Assembly: GCA_965645245.1 (NCBI GenBank)
Contig: OZ287076.1
Span: 1-64,000 of the forward strand
Length of the DNA: 64,000 bases
From: Massalongia carnosa
Taxonomy: Eukaryota
Direction: 5' to 3'
This document shows positions 25,270 through 38,000 of the stretch, piece by piece. Numbering within the stretch: position 1 is the stretch's first letter; each line of letters begins with the position of its first letter. Both the position numbers and the translations under genes were made by a program. Under the pieces are notes generated by a model. It was not told the DNA's origin, made no database searches, and was given only the letters and a program-made list of their open reading frames with translations.

Positions 25270-25460
25270 CAGGCATTATTCAGGCATTCATTATAGGCAT
25301 TCATTATAGGCATTCTTTATAGGCATTCTTTATAGGCATTCGTCAGACAATTTTTACAGGCATTCTACAGGCACTTTTTACAGGCATTTTTCACAGACGT
25401 TTCGAAGCATGTATCTCCTTAAACTACTACGCTAGGCGGAGCATGTATCTCCTTAAACTG
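25270..25460. repeat. Cluster of short degenerate direct repeats
   Basis: About 9 AGGCATT-type units spaced ~10-14 bp (25270-25395), then GCATGTATCTCCTTAAACT twice (~25408 and ~25441). Confidence 0.8.
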
Positions 25461-26367
25461 CGGTGGCTTAGCATTCATGGCCCAAGTTGCTACACACACA
25501 TACTGGCCCTCTTGTGCGAGGGGACGGCGGACATTACAAGCCAACGGGCAGTCGACGAGCAAATAGGCTTTTCATACAGGCCTACTTCTTTGGCTTAGTA
25601 TCCATACAAAGCAGCTACACCTTCGACCCCATTGAGAGGGATTTTTTTGGCAATAAATTCAGTCAAAAGCCCTTCGTATAGGCTAGTAGAAAAAAGCTCT
25701 ATATACTGTAGGTACGCGTCTATAGTACTCTTCTCATCCACCTATATGAGGCATACGAGCTGAAGGGGTGATTGTGAGTTTAGTGAGACTACGAAGCAGG
25801 ACATCATCATCAAGGAAGAAACTACATACACATTTTGAAGCGATGGCCAGTGTCTTCGTTCGAAGGGGTGTGTCAAAGTGCAGTTAGTAAGCGAGCTTGA
25901 GAAAACGCATGTGGAAGTCATCTACATATCTGATGCTCACGCTACTCGCCTCACTCAGTGTGGGTGATATGCCACGAGAAAGGAAAGCGGGTCCTCCGCA
26001 GCAGAGGGAACCCTTGACGAGCTGAGGGCACTCAACCTTGCTCTTCATGATAGTTTTCCTTGTGAAGCGCGCTGTCTGATCGCTTGACGGATCTGACTGA
26101 TGAGTGTTCGGCGTCGGGTCATCCGTGCCGGAACTCGTGTCATGATGGACGAGGTTTTGGGAAGACGCCCATTCGCGAAAGTAACGATGACCAGCACCGG
26201 GAATCGCTTGATGTTGGAAGGCATCAGTTCTCAAGGGTCGCCGTTCGAGGTCGCCGACAGATGGTCCAGACGGTATGGAATCTGGAAATTGTCGAGAGTC
26301 GGAAAATCCCGGGGTGCTTAGGGACAGTCCCCCCCCCCCCCCCCCTGTGTAAATCTTTGCTAGTAAA

Positions 26368-29300
26368 CAGCCATTTCACTGCTTATCCAGGGTGCGTAAA
26401 AGCTAGTAATGCAACTACCAACAGCACATTAAACTCTTTTCGGTTTAAATCGTATGACGTGTTATTGCTACTAATAATTACCATACTCGGTCTGATAAAG
26501 CATACCCTCACCCTCACCTTTACTTACCATTTGCCCTTGCCCTTGTCCTAACCCTTTGCCCTCCCTAAATCTCCCCTTCCACTTATGCTGTACCTCATAT
26601 TATATATTTTACTACTCATCGCGATGGAGTTCGATCCCACTTCTTTGGATTCGCGAAAGCAACATGCCATTGCCCTTCTACCCCCACCTCACCTCCTCCC
26701 TCCGCAAGAAAATGAGTTATTTTCGTCTTGGGAGGAGGCAAAGACTCGTCTTCAAGACTATGCCTTCACCCAAGGCTTCGCGTTGGTCACAGAAACTCAC
26801 GATAAGAAAAACCATTTAATCGTATTAGACTGTACACGCCACCACAAAAGAGTTAGAAACACTAGAAAAGTAGAGGAGGAAGACCGGGTACGAGCCAATA
26901 CCAAAGTTTCGTTCAATGAGTGCCCTTATCGCCTCCGTCTCAAAAAAAACAAAGACAATGCATGGAGACTAATAGTCACTAACTCCGAGCACAATCATGA
27001 GATGGCCACTGATCCCTTTGCATTCAGAGAACATCATAGTAGGGACCCTGATCGAACAGATGCCCTAGATCATGGGAAGAGTCTTCGTGCATCGTCAACC
27101 CAATATGGCCAAGCAGCGAGAATATTAGGAATCCAAGGACTCCGTCTGTCGAGGAGCGATTATTATAATCTCGCTCATTCGGAGGGAGCTCACACGCCTG
27201 AAGAAGAGCTTCTTTTTGCCTTGGGCTCGTTGAAAGACAGGGGCTTTCATGTACGGTGTAAGGAAAAATATATTGTTAAGAATAATGTGCGTGAGAGACG
27301 GGTGATAGAACAATTATTTTTTTGCAATGCAGAGCAAATTAGGCTGGCTCGACGTTTCGTGAGTGGGTTTTTATTAGAAACAGATACAACGTTCAATACT
27401 AATAAATTGAACTTGCCTTTATCCATTTTGGTTGGAATCACTAATACCGACCTTTCGTTTCCCGTCGCTTATTGCTATTTAACTTCCGAATCGGCCGAAT
27501 GTTTCAATTTTATTTTCGAATGTATGAAAGAGTTAATTTTTCATGATGATTGTCCCGGGCCTGGGGTGATTCTCGGGGATTTTGCAGCTGGGTTGACTGT
27601 AGCCATGCAAAGAAAAGCTAAAGCTCCGGCAATTGATCTCGATGCTGCATTGACCATTGCAAGAGAGGTCGCCGAAAATCTAAACCAATTAACGATGAAA
27701 GCGGGCGAGGAGAGATGCGTTTTGCAGCTGTGCACGTGGCATGCGGCCGAGGCAATAAAAAAAGGACTGATCAAGGCAGGAAATATCCCCAAGAAGTGCG
27801 CAAAAAGCTGGAGATTCTGATTTGGGATTATATAAAATCCCTCACTATTGATGAGTTGGATGAGAGACGAAGAAAGTTGCTAAATGAACTTCATCCCGCA
27901 GAAAAGGTTAGTAGTGATATATCAAATTAAATTCAAAGCGAGTTAGGGCTACTGCTAACGCTCCTCTTTCGCAGGATTATCTCATGAATTTCTATCAACG
28001 TCAAGAAATTCAATTCGTGCATGCATATACGAGTACTACTAAACTCCCTAATTTAGGCACACAGCGTTCAGAAGATCTAAATTCATTGGTTAAAAATGTG
28101 ACCAATAGAAATACTCCTATAAGACAATCGGTGCAGAAATATGTGATGAGGTGCGGAAAAAACAATTAGATCAGGAGATTTTGTGCAATCAACAGCGAAT
28201 ACGCAATCCTAGATTGATCGATAGAAATGCTTTTACGTTACTCATTAGGAAAATTACGCATCATGCCATTGGCCTCGTTTCAAAAGAACTCGATGCCGCC
28301 AAATCATTAGCTGAACGAATCTTTTCTATTGTCCCTGATGGTGGAAGCTGTGTTTATGATTGTGAGTTGCCTTTAAGATACGGTCTCCCATGCAAATGCT
28401 GGTTGTATAAATGCATCATCGACTTGGTCCCTATTCCCGTTTCCCTCATCCACCCCCGCTGGTTTTTTGATGGCCCACCTTATGCGGTCTCTTGGCAAAT
28501 GACCTTCGATTTCGCTCGCGGCTCGGAGCCCGAGGTCGAAAAGATCGTCGATGAGGTCGAAGGGACGGGAGAGATTGAGGCGGATAAGGATGAGGTCGAG
28601 CTCGAAGAAGGCGTGTTGAGTGAGGATAGATTTCGCCGCGGGGGCCTTGATTTGCTACATTCTGTGGCATATCAATCTATTGACCTGCATCAATCAATAG
28701 AAGATTCTCATCGAAGGGAGGAGTACGCTCGCGAGCATGCTCACATCGTTGAAAAGTTCAATAAGAAATGGCAAAAGAAGGAACTGGTAAGACCTCTCAT
28801 CCCCACCACATTCCCCGACGAAATTCGGCCCAAAGAAAACCTCATGTATAAGAAAGGAGGGAGTCATCGACGTGCCTACACTGGTCGCGATGCAGCTGAG
28901 GCTAGAGAAACTGAACAGCGAAGTACTAGGCGAAGGGACTTTATTGAACAAGGGAGGAGGCTTAGATATAATAGATTGCGTGCTGGGGGCGACGATGAGG
29001 TTGAAGGTGAAACAGAAGGTAATATTCACGATGTTGCAAAGTTATTGCGCTCGGGTCGACTAATATAGGGTACAATAGGTTTAGGAGAAAACTTAGTTAT
29101 GGAGAGAATCGAAAACGCGTCTATCGTCTCCGACGACGATGACGAGGTGCAGTATATAAGCACTCAGCCCATTCTCGGTCGTTCTATGGACCCTATGCTT
29201 CCTTCGGATGACGAAAATGATATTATTCTTACATTAGAAGCCTCGTCGGATTCGCTCGAAGATATTGACGATGTGCTTGCCAAGCATAGTCAAAAAGCCC

Positions 29301-29698
29301 TACCTCAGGCAGCGCTGGCTCCATCTCTTTATAGTCTTAGCCAAAACGTGCGCGCCAGTCAAATTCTCCCTACTTCCTCGGCAACAACGCGAAGGTCTCG
29401 GGGTGTGGCGAAGAAATCAAAGGCTCAGTTGGAGTTGGAATCTCAGCAAAGAGTCGAGAAATCAGTCAAACAGGCTAGGGCTCAAGCGAGAAAGGAAACG
29501 GCGATGAGAAAGGTGGCCAAAACCATGAAGCCTAGAAAAGATGATGTATCGCAATTGGCTGACGAGTTTTTGGAGTTGAAGTCATCGCAATCGGTAGATT
29601 TTTAGGTGTGGAATACACTTAGTCAGTAACAGCAACATTATTAATACGTAGTGTAACTGCTAGCTTGTACGCACCCTGGATGAGTAGTAAAAAGGCTG
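26368..29698 (+). mobile_element. Mutator-like element MULE-1 with ~50-bp imperfect terminal inverted repeats
   Basis: Left end CAGCCATTTCACTGCTTATCCAGGGTGCGTAAAAGCTAG; right end reverse complement CAGCCTTTTTACTACTCATCCAGGGTGCGTACAAGCTAG. Encloses the transposase. No TSD recognised. Confidence 0.88.
26624..29605 (+). pseudogene. MULE-1 transposase (FAR1-like N-terminus, MULE DDE domain, SWIM-like motif), frameshifted
   Basis: AFTQGFAL..CPYRL..EHNH; DTTFNTNKLNLPL; VILGDFAAGL; QLCTWH; YGLPCKC. Intron 27907-27974. Frameshifts near 27780 and 28140. The link to the last ORF (29099-29605) is uncertain. Confidence 0.85.
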
Positions 29699-32085
29699 GA
29701 CTAATGATAAGAAGAATCATATCGTTATACTAGATTGCACCCGTCATCACAAAAGAGAAAGAAACACTAGAAAGCTAGAGGAGAAGGACCGCGTACGAAA
29801 AAACACGAAGGTCTCGTTCAACGAGTGCAAATATCGACTAAGACTGAAGCAAAACAAAGACGAATCGTGGAGATTAATCATCACCAATCGTGATCACAAT
29901 CACGAAATGGCTACAGACCCCTTCGGTTTCAAAGCGCATCGTAGCAAAGACCTCGATCGAGCAACTGCCCTAGATCAAGCAAAAATTCTCCGTGATGCAT
30001 CAACTAGATACGGTCAAGCATCTCGCGTTTTGGGAATGACTGGCCTACGCCTTTCGAAGAAGGAGACTATTACAACCTGGCTCGATCCCAGGGCAAACAT
30101 ATACCTAAAGAAGAGTTGACCTATGCACTTGGATTTCTAGAAGAAGAAGGGTTTCATGTACGGACTTTGGAGAAATATCTCGTTGAAAAAAATACTCCCC
30201 GAAGACGTGTTGTTGAACATTTCTTTTTCCGTAACGCTGAACAGATCCGACTGACTAGACGATTCGTCAGTAGATTTTTGATAGAAACGGATGCTACGTT
30301 CAATACAAATCAGTTAAACTTACCTCTATCTGTGTTGGTTGGCATCACTAACACAAATCAGACTTTCCCCGCGGCCTATTGTTATATCACTTCTGAATCG
30401 GCTGAGTGCTTTACGTTTCTATTTGATTGTATGAAAGATCTCTTTTTTCATGATACATGTCCTGGTCCTAGGGTCATCCTCGGAGACTTCGCCGCTGGAT
30501 TGACTGCAGCGATGCATAAAAAACGGGCTAAGGAAATAAACCCGGATGCAGCAATGACCGTTGCATGGCAAGTCGCCCAATCAATACACGAAACCGACCC
30601 TGATTGTGTGTTGCAATTATGCACGTGGCACGCAGCGGAGGCAATCAAGAAACGCCTGATCAGGGCGGGTTCCAAGAAACGCCTGATCAGGGCGGGTTCA
30701 TATCCTTTAGAAGTACGGAAAGAGCTGCATAAATTGATATGGGAGTGGATCAAAACTACTACCGTTGAACAACTGGATGAGAAGAGAAACGCGGTGATAT
30801 TGAAGCTGCATGCTTCAGAAAAGGTATGAAGCCATAAAAAAACGTTAATAAGGGCTAACTCACTCCTATTTCCAGGAGTATTTTACTAGCTATTATTAAC
30901 GTCAGGAGTATCAGTTTATTTCCGCATACACCAGAAAGTTCCCTGATTTAGGTGCACATAGCACACAAAGGGTGGAAGGTTTGCATCCGTTGGTAAAGAA
31001 TGTGACAAATAGGCATACACCTATTACGAAATATCAACCAATCATCAACGAATCAACAACCCCCGGCTAATGGATAGAAGTGCGTTCAAAGACCTTATAG
31101 GTTTAATAACTCATCATGCTATTTACCTCATATCTAGAGAGTTGGATGCAGCTAAACTTTTAGCCGAAGATTTCAATCAACAAGTTTCTTTTGGAGTTGA
31201 AGGGACTGCATTAATCGAACCAACCGGTGAGGATTGTATGTATGATTGTGATTTGCCTCCACGATACGGTCTTCCGTGCAGATGCTGGTTGTATCGTTGC
31301 GTCATTGATATTATCCCCATACCTATCTCCCTCATGCATCCCCGCAGGTTTTTCGATGGCCCGCCTTTTGTGGTCTCGTGGAGCATGGTTTTCGACCCCA
31401 CCATAAATTTCGCTGAGATATTTCGGAGAGCAGCTCACAGGAAGACCACAGAAGAGCAGGATGAGGAGGCGGATGAGGGGGGGAATGCTCAACAAAGTCA
31501 AGAATCTGACCGGGAGGAGGAGATCGAGAAGGCAGTTGACAATAATACTGGGGATAGATTTCGTCGCGGGGGTGTTGATTTGCTGCATGCGGCCGCACAT
31601 CAATCTATTGATTTTCATAAATTAATAGAAAATGTGCATAGAAGGGAGGGATACGCTCGTGAATTCGCCAAATTCACTGCTATTTTCAATAAAAAATGGC
31701 ATGATAAGGAGCTGGCGAGGTCACTTATCTCTACAACTTTCCCCGACGAAATCCGACCGAAGGACAACTTCATGTATAAAAAGAGTGGGAGTCGCCGGCG
31801 GGCTTACACTGGCCGTGAGGCAGCTGAGGCAGATGAAGCTAAGCAGCGACGTGCTAAACGTAAGGACTCGATTGAAGAGGGGAGGAGAAGAAGGCATGAG
31901 GATGAATTGCGGGCAGGCGGTGAAGACAAGGGTATGATTGATGATAAAAAACCCACGATATCAGCAAATCGATCGATGTAGCGCGGCTAGTATTCGGTAT
32001 AGATTCCGGAGATGCTATCATCGTATCTGACGACGATGACCTGCAATATATAGCAACTCAGCCTACCCCCGATCCTCCTTCAAGC
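29699..32085 (+). mobile_element. MULE-2, truncated paralogous Mutator transposase
   Basis: Homologous to MULE-1 (DATFNTNQLNLPL, VILGDFAAGL, QLCTWH, YGLPCRC). Starts mid-gene right after the MULE-1 end. 27-bp tandem duplication near 30646-30700 and a 52-bp deletion at 31026/31027. Confidence 0.88.
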
Positions 32086-32089
32086 ACAT

Positions 32090-33257
32090 CACCTCTACGC
32101 CCATCCAGGGCCCGACACCATTGCCCACCTTGAGGACGCCGTGAACGGCTTAAGCCTCATTGATGGCGACTCAGCTCCCACGTGGAAGGAGTGCGAAGAC
32201 TGCATCAAGACGAAGATGAACGAACAGATCTCTCGCCGCCCACCAGAGCACCCAGCTACAAGACCGTTTGAGCGAATTGCTATCGACATCGTTCAGCTTA
32301 TCCCCACGGGCCAATCCTGCTATAACGGCGACAAATATCTCCTTCATGCAGTCTGTCAGTTCTCCAAGTGGCACGAAGGAGAAACTCTCCCATCCCGCGG
32401 GGAGGAGGTGATAGTCCCTGCAGTCTATCGGATCATCGAGAAGATTCAGCGTCAATTTGGCTTCAAGTATGTTGTACTCGTAGTTCGATCTGACAACGAA
32501 CGCGGATGGACCAAAGGCCATGTGAGATCTCTCAGAGATGTTGGTATGAAGGTCGAACGCACCCCAGCGAATACCGATGAGCCCAAAGGCCTCCAAGAGT
32601 CTGCTGGCAAATCGATCATGACGCGTACTCGCGCCCCTCGAATCGCCTCAGGTCTCCCGCAGGACCTCGTCAACGAGCTCACGATTACGGCCATCCAACT
32701 GCTCAACACCACGCCCACTCGCTCGAACCAATGGCGCACGCCGTATAAGGTCATCTATGGCTACAAACCTACGATATCTCACTACGCTCCCATCGGCTGC
32801 CGAGCGTACATGCTCAATCGCGACCTCGACGCAGCCGACAAAACGTCCTCTCGAGTCCACATTGGCTACCTTCTTGGCTACGATTCGACAAAAATCTTTC
32901 GTGTTTGGATCCCTCATAGCCGACGCGTCATTCGCATCCCAGATGTTATCTTCAAGCATGATCTCATGTACAAAGACGATCTTGAGCACAAGCTACACGC
33001 TTCTAAGGTCGCTGAAGAAGAAATCGAAGTACTTGACCTCACCATGCCTGAGGAACAAGTCACTGCCGACGACCTCTATACGCCTGAGCAAACGCTTCGT
33101 TACACTCAAGATCTTTCCCTGGCCACAGAATCATCTGATCAGCCATCAACTCCGCCTACTCGAGCAACCAACACGAATAAGACGCCCCAGCAGATGCAGC
33201 TCCTTACTCCTGACACTTCTCGTATGGGTACAGCAAGCCCTCCTCAGCTACCTGAAG
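32090..33257 (+). mobile_element. Copia integrase fragment (host of copia-3); continues at 45262-45545
   Basis: ORF 32141-: CEDC, RPFERIAIDIV, VRSDNE, GYLLGYDSTKIFRVW. The frame resumes after the TSD as PEDSILSELSEAL..RAPRAQEISG. Confidence 0.88.
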
Positions 33258-33833
33258 TATTGTAATTGAAGCTCTGCTGGCATAGTAAAAAGCTCACTTT
33301 TGAAACGATTGATCTTTCTATCTACCTATCTAAGGACCGTGATTATATAGATAGAAAAACATGCCGAAAACCGTTCTCCCTATGACTCACCTTCCTGCTT
33401 CCTAGAAATCTAAGATTGGTGATTGACTCATATCCAATTTATGACTCGATGGGAATGTTCATAGAAGTTTTGTGGTGCTTCTCGAGGTCGTTATGTGTTG
33501 CCTAATATTCTTACCAACGCACTAATCCCAATGCGGTACCATGTGACTCTGAACACTTTACTAGGCATCAGCCGGGTGACTTTGCACATTACAACACTCC
33601 CACTGCAAAGTTGCCAGGTGAGTAATAATATCCTAAACGCCGGTTTCCAATCTGATTTTGTGTGGCCTATGTGGTCAATTTAGGTGGCCTTATGATGAAG
33701 CGTCCTCCATCTCCCTATGCCTCTCTTAGGCCTAATTTCTCGCGCAACTTTCGAAAGATAGGTGCCGCCAGTGGTTTAGTGAAGATATCTGCCACCATAT
33801 CGTGAGTAGATACGTGCTGTATAGTGGCATAGT

Positions 33834-34037
33834 TGTAAAGGTAATCATCATAATAAGGGTGTGTAAAAGGATGTCCATTGAGATGTGCGAGCAAGCTCGT
33901 CTATATACAGCTAATCTAGACTAGTCCCAATCTGGACCTGCTCCTATCATGGAAGAACCAAAGAGTTAAGCCGGGCTTATCACGGAGATAAGCAAGTGTT
34001 AGAGTACGAAAGCATGCTATATTATATTATCGTGACA
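33834..34037. mobile_element. Solo LTR (204 bp) in the copia-3 RNase H
   Basis: TG...CA ends, TSD ATAGT (33829-33833 / 34038-34042). Confidence 0.88.
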
Positions 34038-35034
34038 ATAGTTGTCTTCAACGACCTCCCGAAGATAATAAAGCTGAATATCCATATGTTTGAACCGACT
34101 ATGGTGCTCAGGGTTTTTTATCAAATCGAGCGTACCCTGTTTGTCGCCATTTAGGATAATTGGTAGGTTCATATCTTTGGAGAAGTTCAACTCTCCGAAC
34201 CATCTAGTTGCCCACACTATATCTTTTGAAGCCTGGCACATGGGAGAATACTCTGCTTCCATGGTGGATGTGACGACTGACCGTTGCCTCTTACTGGCCC
34301 ATATAACTGCCCCGTTTCCTAGCATCAGAACGTGGCCATATGATGATTTTCTATCATGGTTATCACCATACGCTGCATCAGCATAACTAGTGGGTCCGGT
34401 GTCATTGGGTTCGTAGGTAAGTGCCAAATTCGTGGTCCTATTCAGATATTTTATGAGATGGTCTACCGCGTTTCGGTGCCTAATTGCTGGATCGTGCGTA
34501 TATTGACTAAGCTTTCCAACTGCTTGGGCAATGTCTGGTCGCGTGTTGTCAAGGACTGGGCAGGGGATTGAACTAATGTTCCTAGGAATTGGATTGGGTG
34601 ATCAAGATGTCTTTATTAATAAGGCTATAGCTAGGTAATGGATTGCTATACAAGACGTCGGATAAGGAGTCAACTATCTAATTAACTTGTCCTTCCTTTT
34701 ATATTTGTCTCGAACCCCTTTACATGAAGATTCGATCAGTGTTCATCTCCCCCTATTAGGAGACGTACGGCACGAAGGTTTGACAAGGTGTTTGACGATA
34801 AAAGGTGGAGATGAGGTTCTCCTGTCGTTGGTACGCTTTGATGGTGATGGTACAGCTTTGACCTGAAGCCGTTGAGAGGGGTCTAAACTCGATTTAGTTA
34901 ATGAGATTCTGACTAAGCTGAATAGAGGAACGGGAGCTTAGTCAGATTCATCTGCGGGATTGATTCTGGATCGGGTTGGTTCGATTTCATGACAGTAGCT
35001 CCCCTTTCAAGAGCTGAGCTCCTGCGAAGCAGTT

Positions 35035-38000
35035 TTATTCATGACAGCGACATCGAGGAATGGAACAGGGGGTGAGATGTGGGCCGGATGCACCAGGATA
35101 GGCTTCGTGGAATTCGTCCAGAGCTTGATGACAGTTGGTTAGTAGGTGAAATGGCTCCCAGGTGGGGGTATGTCCTTCCCAGTTGACGAAATACTTGAGA
35201 AGCGGAGGTTGATAACGTCTGTCCAGTTTCGAGTTCAGAATGCTGTTGACATACCATTCTCGCTGTCCATCTTCGGCTATTATTGGGTCGCGAAGCTCGG
35301 GAATTTGTCCTGGGAGGGGGTCGTCTGCGTCGTGTTGTAGCAGATTTACATGAAAGACCGGATGAATTTTAACCGTGTCGGGGAGTTCCAGTTGAACAAC
35401 AAGAGGGTTGGCGAACACCTTACAGACTCGGTAAGGACCGACATTTCGATCGTCCAGTTTGGCTGCCGGACGGGCTGTCTGGATATTTCGGGTGTTCAGC
35501 CATACCATGTCTCCTACAAGATAACGAGGACAGGGACGGCGGTTCTCATTGGCGGAAGATTCGTATGAGGCCTGCGCGATCAACATCTCTTCTCGTAGGT
35601 GAGTGTCTACGTCTCGCATCTTGTCTACGAATCGATTGGCGGCGATCAGGTTAGCGATTCCCTGGGCGGTCAGGTCTTGCGGAAGGGGCTCTTCGGGTTC
35701 GAATCCTACCCTGGGGTGTTGTCCATAATTAGCCAGGAAGGAAGAGGCGAGAATGCTGGAGGAGTCGGTGTTATTGCTGGAGAATTCGGCACCGGGTAAG
35801 TACTGGGCCCAGTCATCTTGCATGTAATTGACGTATGCCCGAAGATAGTGCTCCATGGTTGCATTAGCCCTCTCGGTTTGGCCATCTGTCTCGGGATGAA
35901 AACTGGTTGATAGCCTAGCATCAATTCTAAGCCGTTTACACATGATGTCCCAGAAATCGGAGGTGAATTGGGTGCCTCGATCCGAAATCAAGGCGTCTGG
36001 GAGACCGTGTAATTTCCATACATTTTGGTAGAAGGAGTTAGCAGCCTCTTCTACCTCCATGGAGGTGGTGGGGACGAAATGTCGCATCTTGGAAAGGCGA
36101 TCGATGAAGACGAGGATATAACGATAGGTTATACCCATGAAGGTGCTCGGAGGCAGCGGACCTACGTAGTCCATGGAAACGTCACGCTATCGACGTTCGG
36201 GTGGGGACAGAGGGCGTAGCCATCCTTGGTATCGTTGGCGGGATGGTTTGGATCGTCTACAGGTGTGACAGTTACGAATGAATCGTTTGACGGTTTGATG
36301 CATACTGGGCCACCAGTATGATCGATTCATTAGTTCGTAGCATTTGGAACGACCGGGATGGCCACCTGCTACGCTGTCGTGTGCTTGTTGAATGAGACGG
36401 AGACGGAGCCGATCCGAATTGGGTACGTATCGACGGTTTCGAAAATAAAGAATCCATTCTTTATCTTCACATTCGGCTAGCTGAATGCCGTTATGATATC
36501 TGACATTATTGCGAAGCATGTCTAGAACTTTCAGAGAGAATTGATCCTGTTCCAGAGCTTGTTCCCATAACAGCTGAGTTGGGACGTCGGTCGGGTCTTG
36601 GCCAGGATTGGTTTGGTCGGCAGGCTGATCCAGCTGTGGTTCAGGTTCAATGAACTCGTGATCATGTTCAACGGACTCGGGATCCTGTTCGATGAACGCG
36701 GGGGCTAGGATAATCGTGGATAAGAAACTTTTCGCCACTTCGTCGTCCAGGTTATGAGTTTTTAGGATGGTTTGATGCTGATGTTTATGTCTTTCATCAG
36801 TTTCATCCCCCTCTTTAGGGAGGTCTCCTGAGCGACGAGTCAGTGCATCTGGTTTTCCACCAGCTTTTCCGGGTCGATAGACTATTTTAAAGTCAAATCG
36901 GGATAAGAATTCGGACCAGCGAGCTTGACGACGACTGAGTTGTTTGGTTGAAGCGAAGTATTCCAAATTCTTATGATCTGAGATAACGCTGATGGGGTGA
37001 GCAGAACCTTCCAATTCCGGTCTCCATTCTTCGAAGCATCGGACGATGGCCATGAGTTCCTTGTCATAGATCTCATAATTGCATTCGGCCGGGTTGTGTT
37101 TCTTGGAGAAGTATGCGATGGGGCGAAGCACGTTCTCGTTGTCATACTGAGAAAGGATACCACCAGAGACGTAGTCCGAAGCATCGGTTTCCACGATGAT
37201 AGGACGATCGGGATCGAAATGCATCAGTATTAGTTCCGAGGTGAAAGCTTTTTTTAGAGTTTCGAATGCCTGTTGACATTTGTCAGTCCATTGAAAGCTG
37301 ACCTCCTTTTTGGTTAGATTCGTCAGTGGGCCGGCTATCTTACTAAAGCCGTATACGAATCGTCCATAGAAGTTAGCAAATCCCAGAAAGCTTTGTACAT
37401 CTTTCATATTGATCGGTATTGGCCAATGAGTTACTGTTTCGATTTTAGCGGGGTCCATTTTGATTCCCTCGGTAGTTACGATTAGTCCGAGATAGGCAAC
37501 TTCTGTGACATGAAATTTGCATTTGGTGATGTCTACTTGCAGCCCGGCTTCTCTCAGCTTGATGAGGATACGTTTGACGTGGATTTCATGCTCGCCTTCA
37601 ATTTCGCTGTAGATGAGAATGTCATCTAGATAGGCCGTGCAAAATTCGTCGAGATACTCTCGAAGAGTATCATTGATGAAGTGTTGAAAGGAGGCGGGGC
37701 CGTTACAGAGGCCGAATGGTAGGACCAGGGATTCGAAGAGGCCAAAACGGGTTCTGAATGCGGTGAGTTCTTCATCTCCTTCCTTGATGCGGAGCCGATT
37801 GAACGCTGAAATAATGTCCAGCTTGGTGAATATCTTAGCCCGACTCAGGCGATTCAGGGTTTCGGTGATCAGGGGAAGCGGATACCGATTCTTAATCGTG
37901 ATGGCATTGAGGCCTCGATAGTCGACACAGAAGCGAAGTCCTCCTCCTGGCTTCTTTACGAACATGACTGGGGAGGCAGCGGGGGATTTACTAGCTCGGA

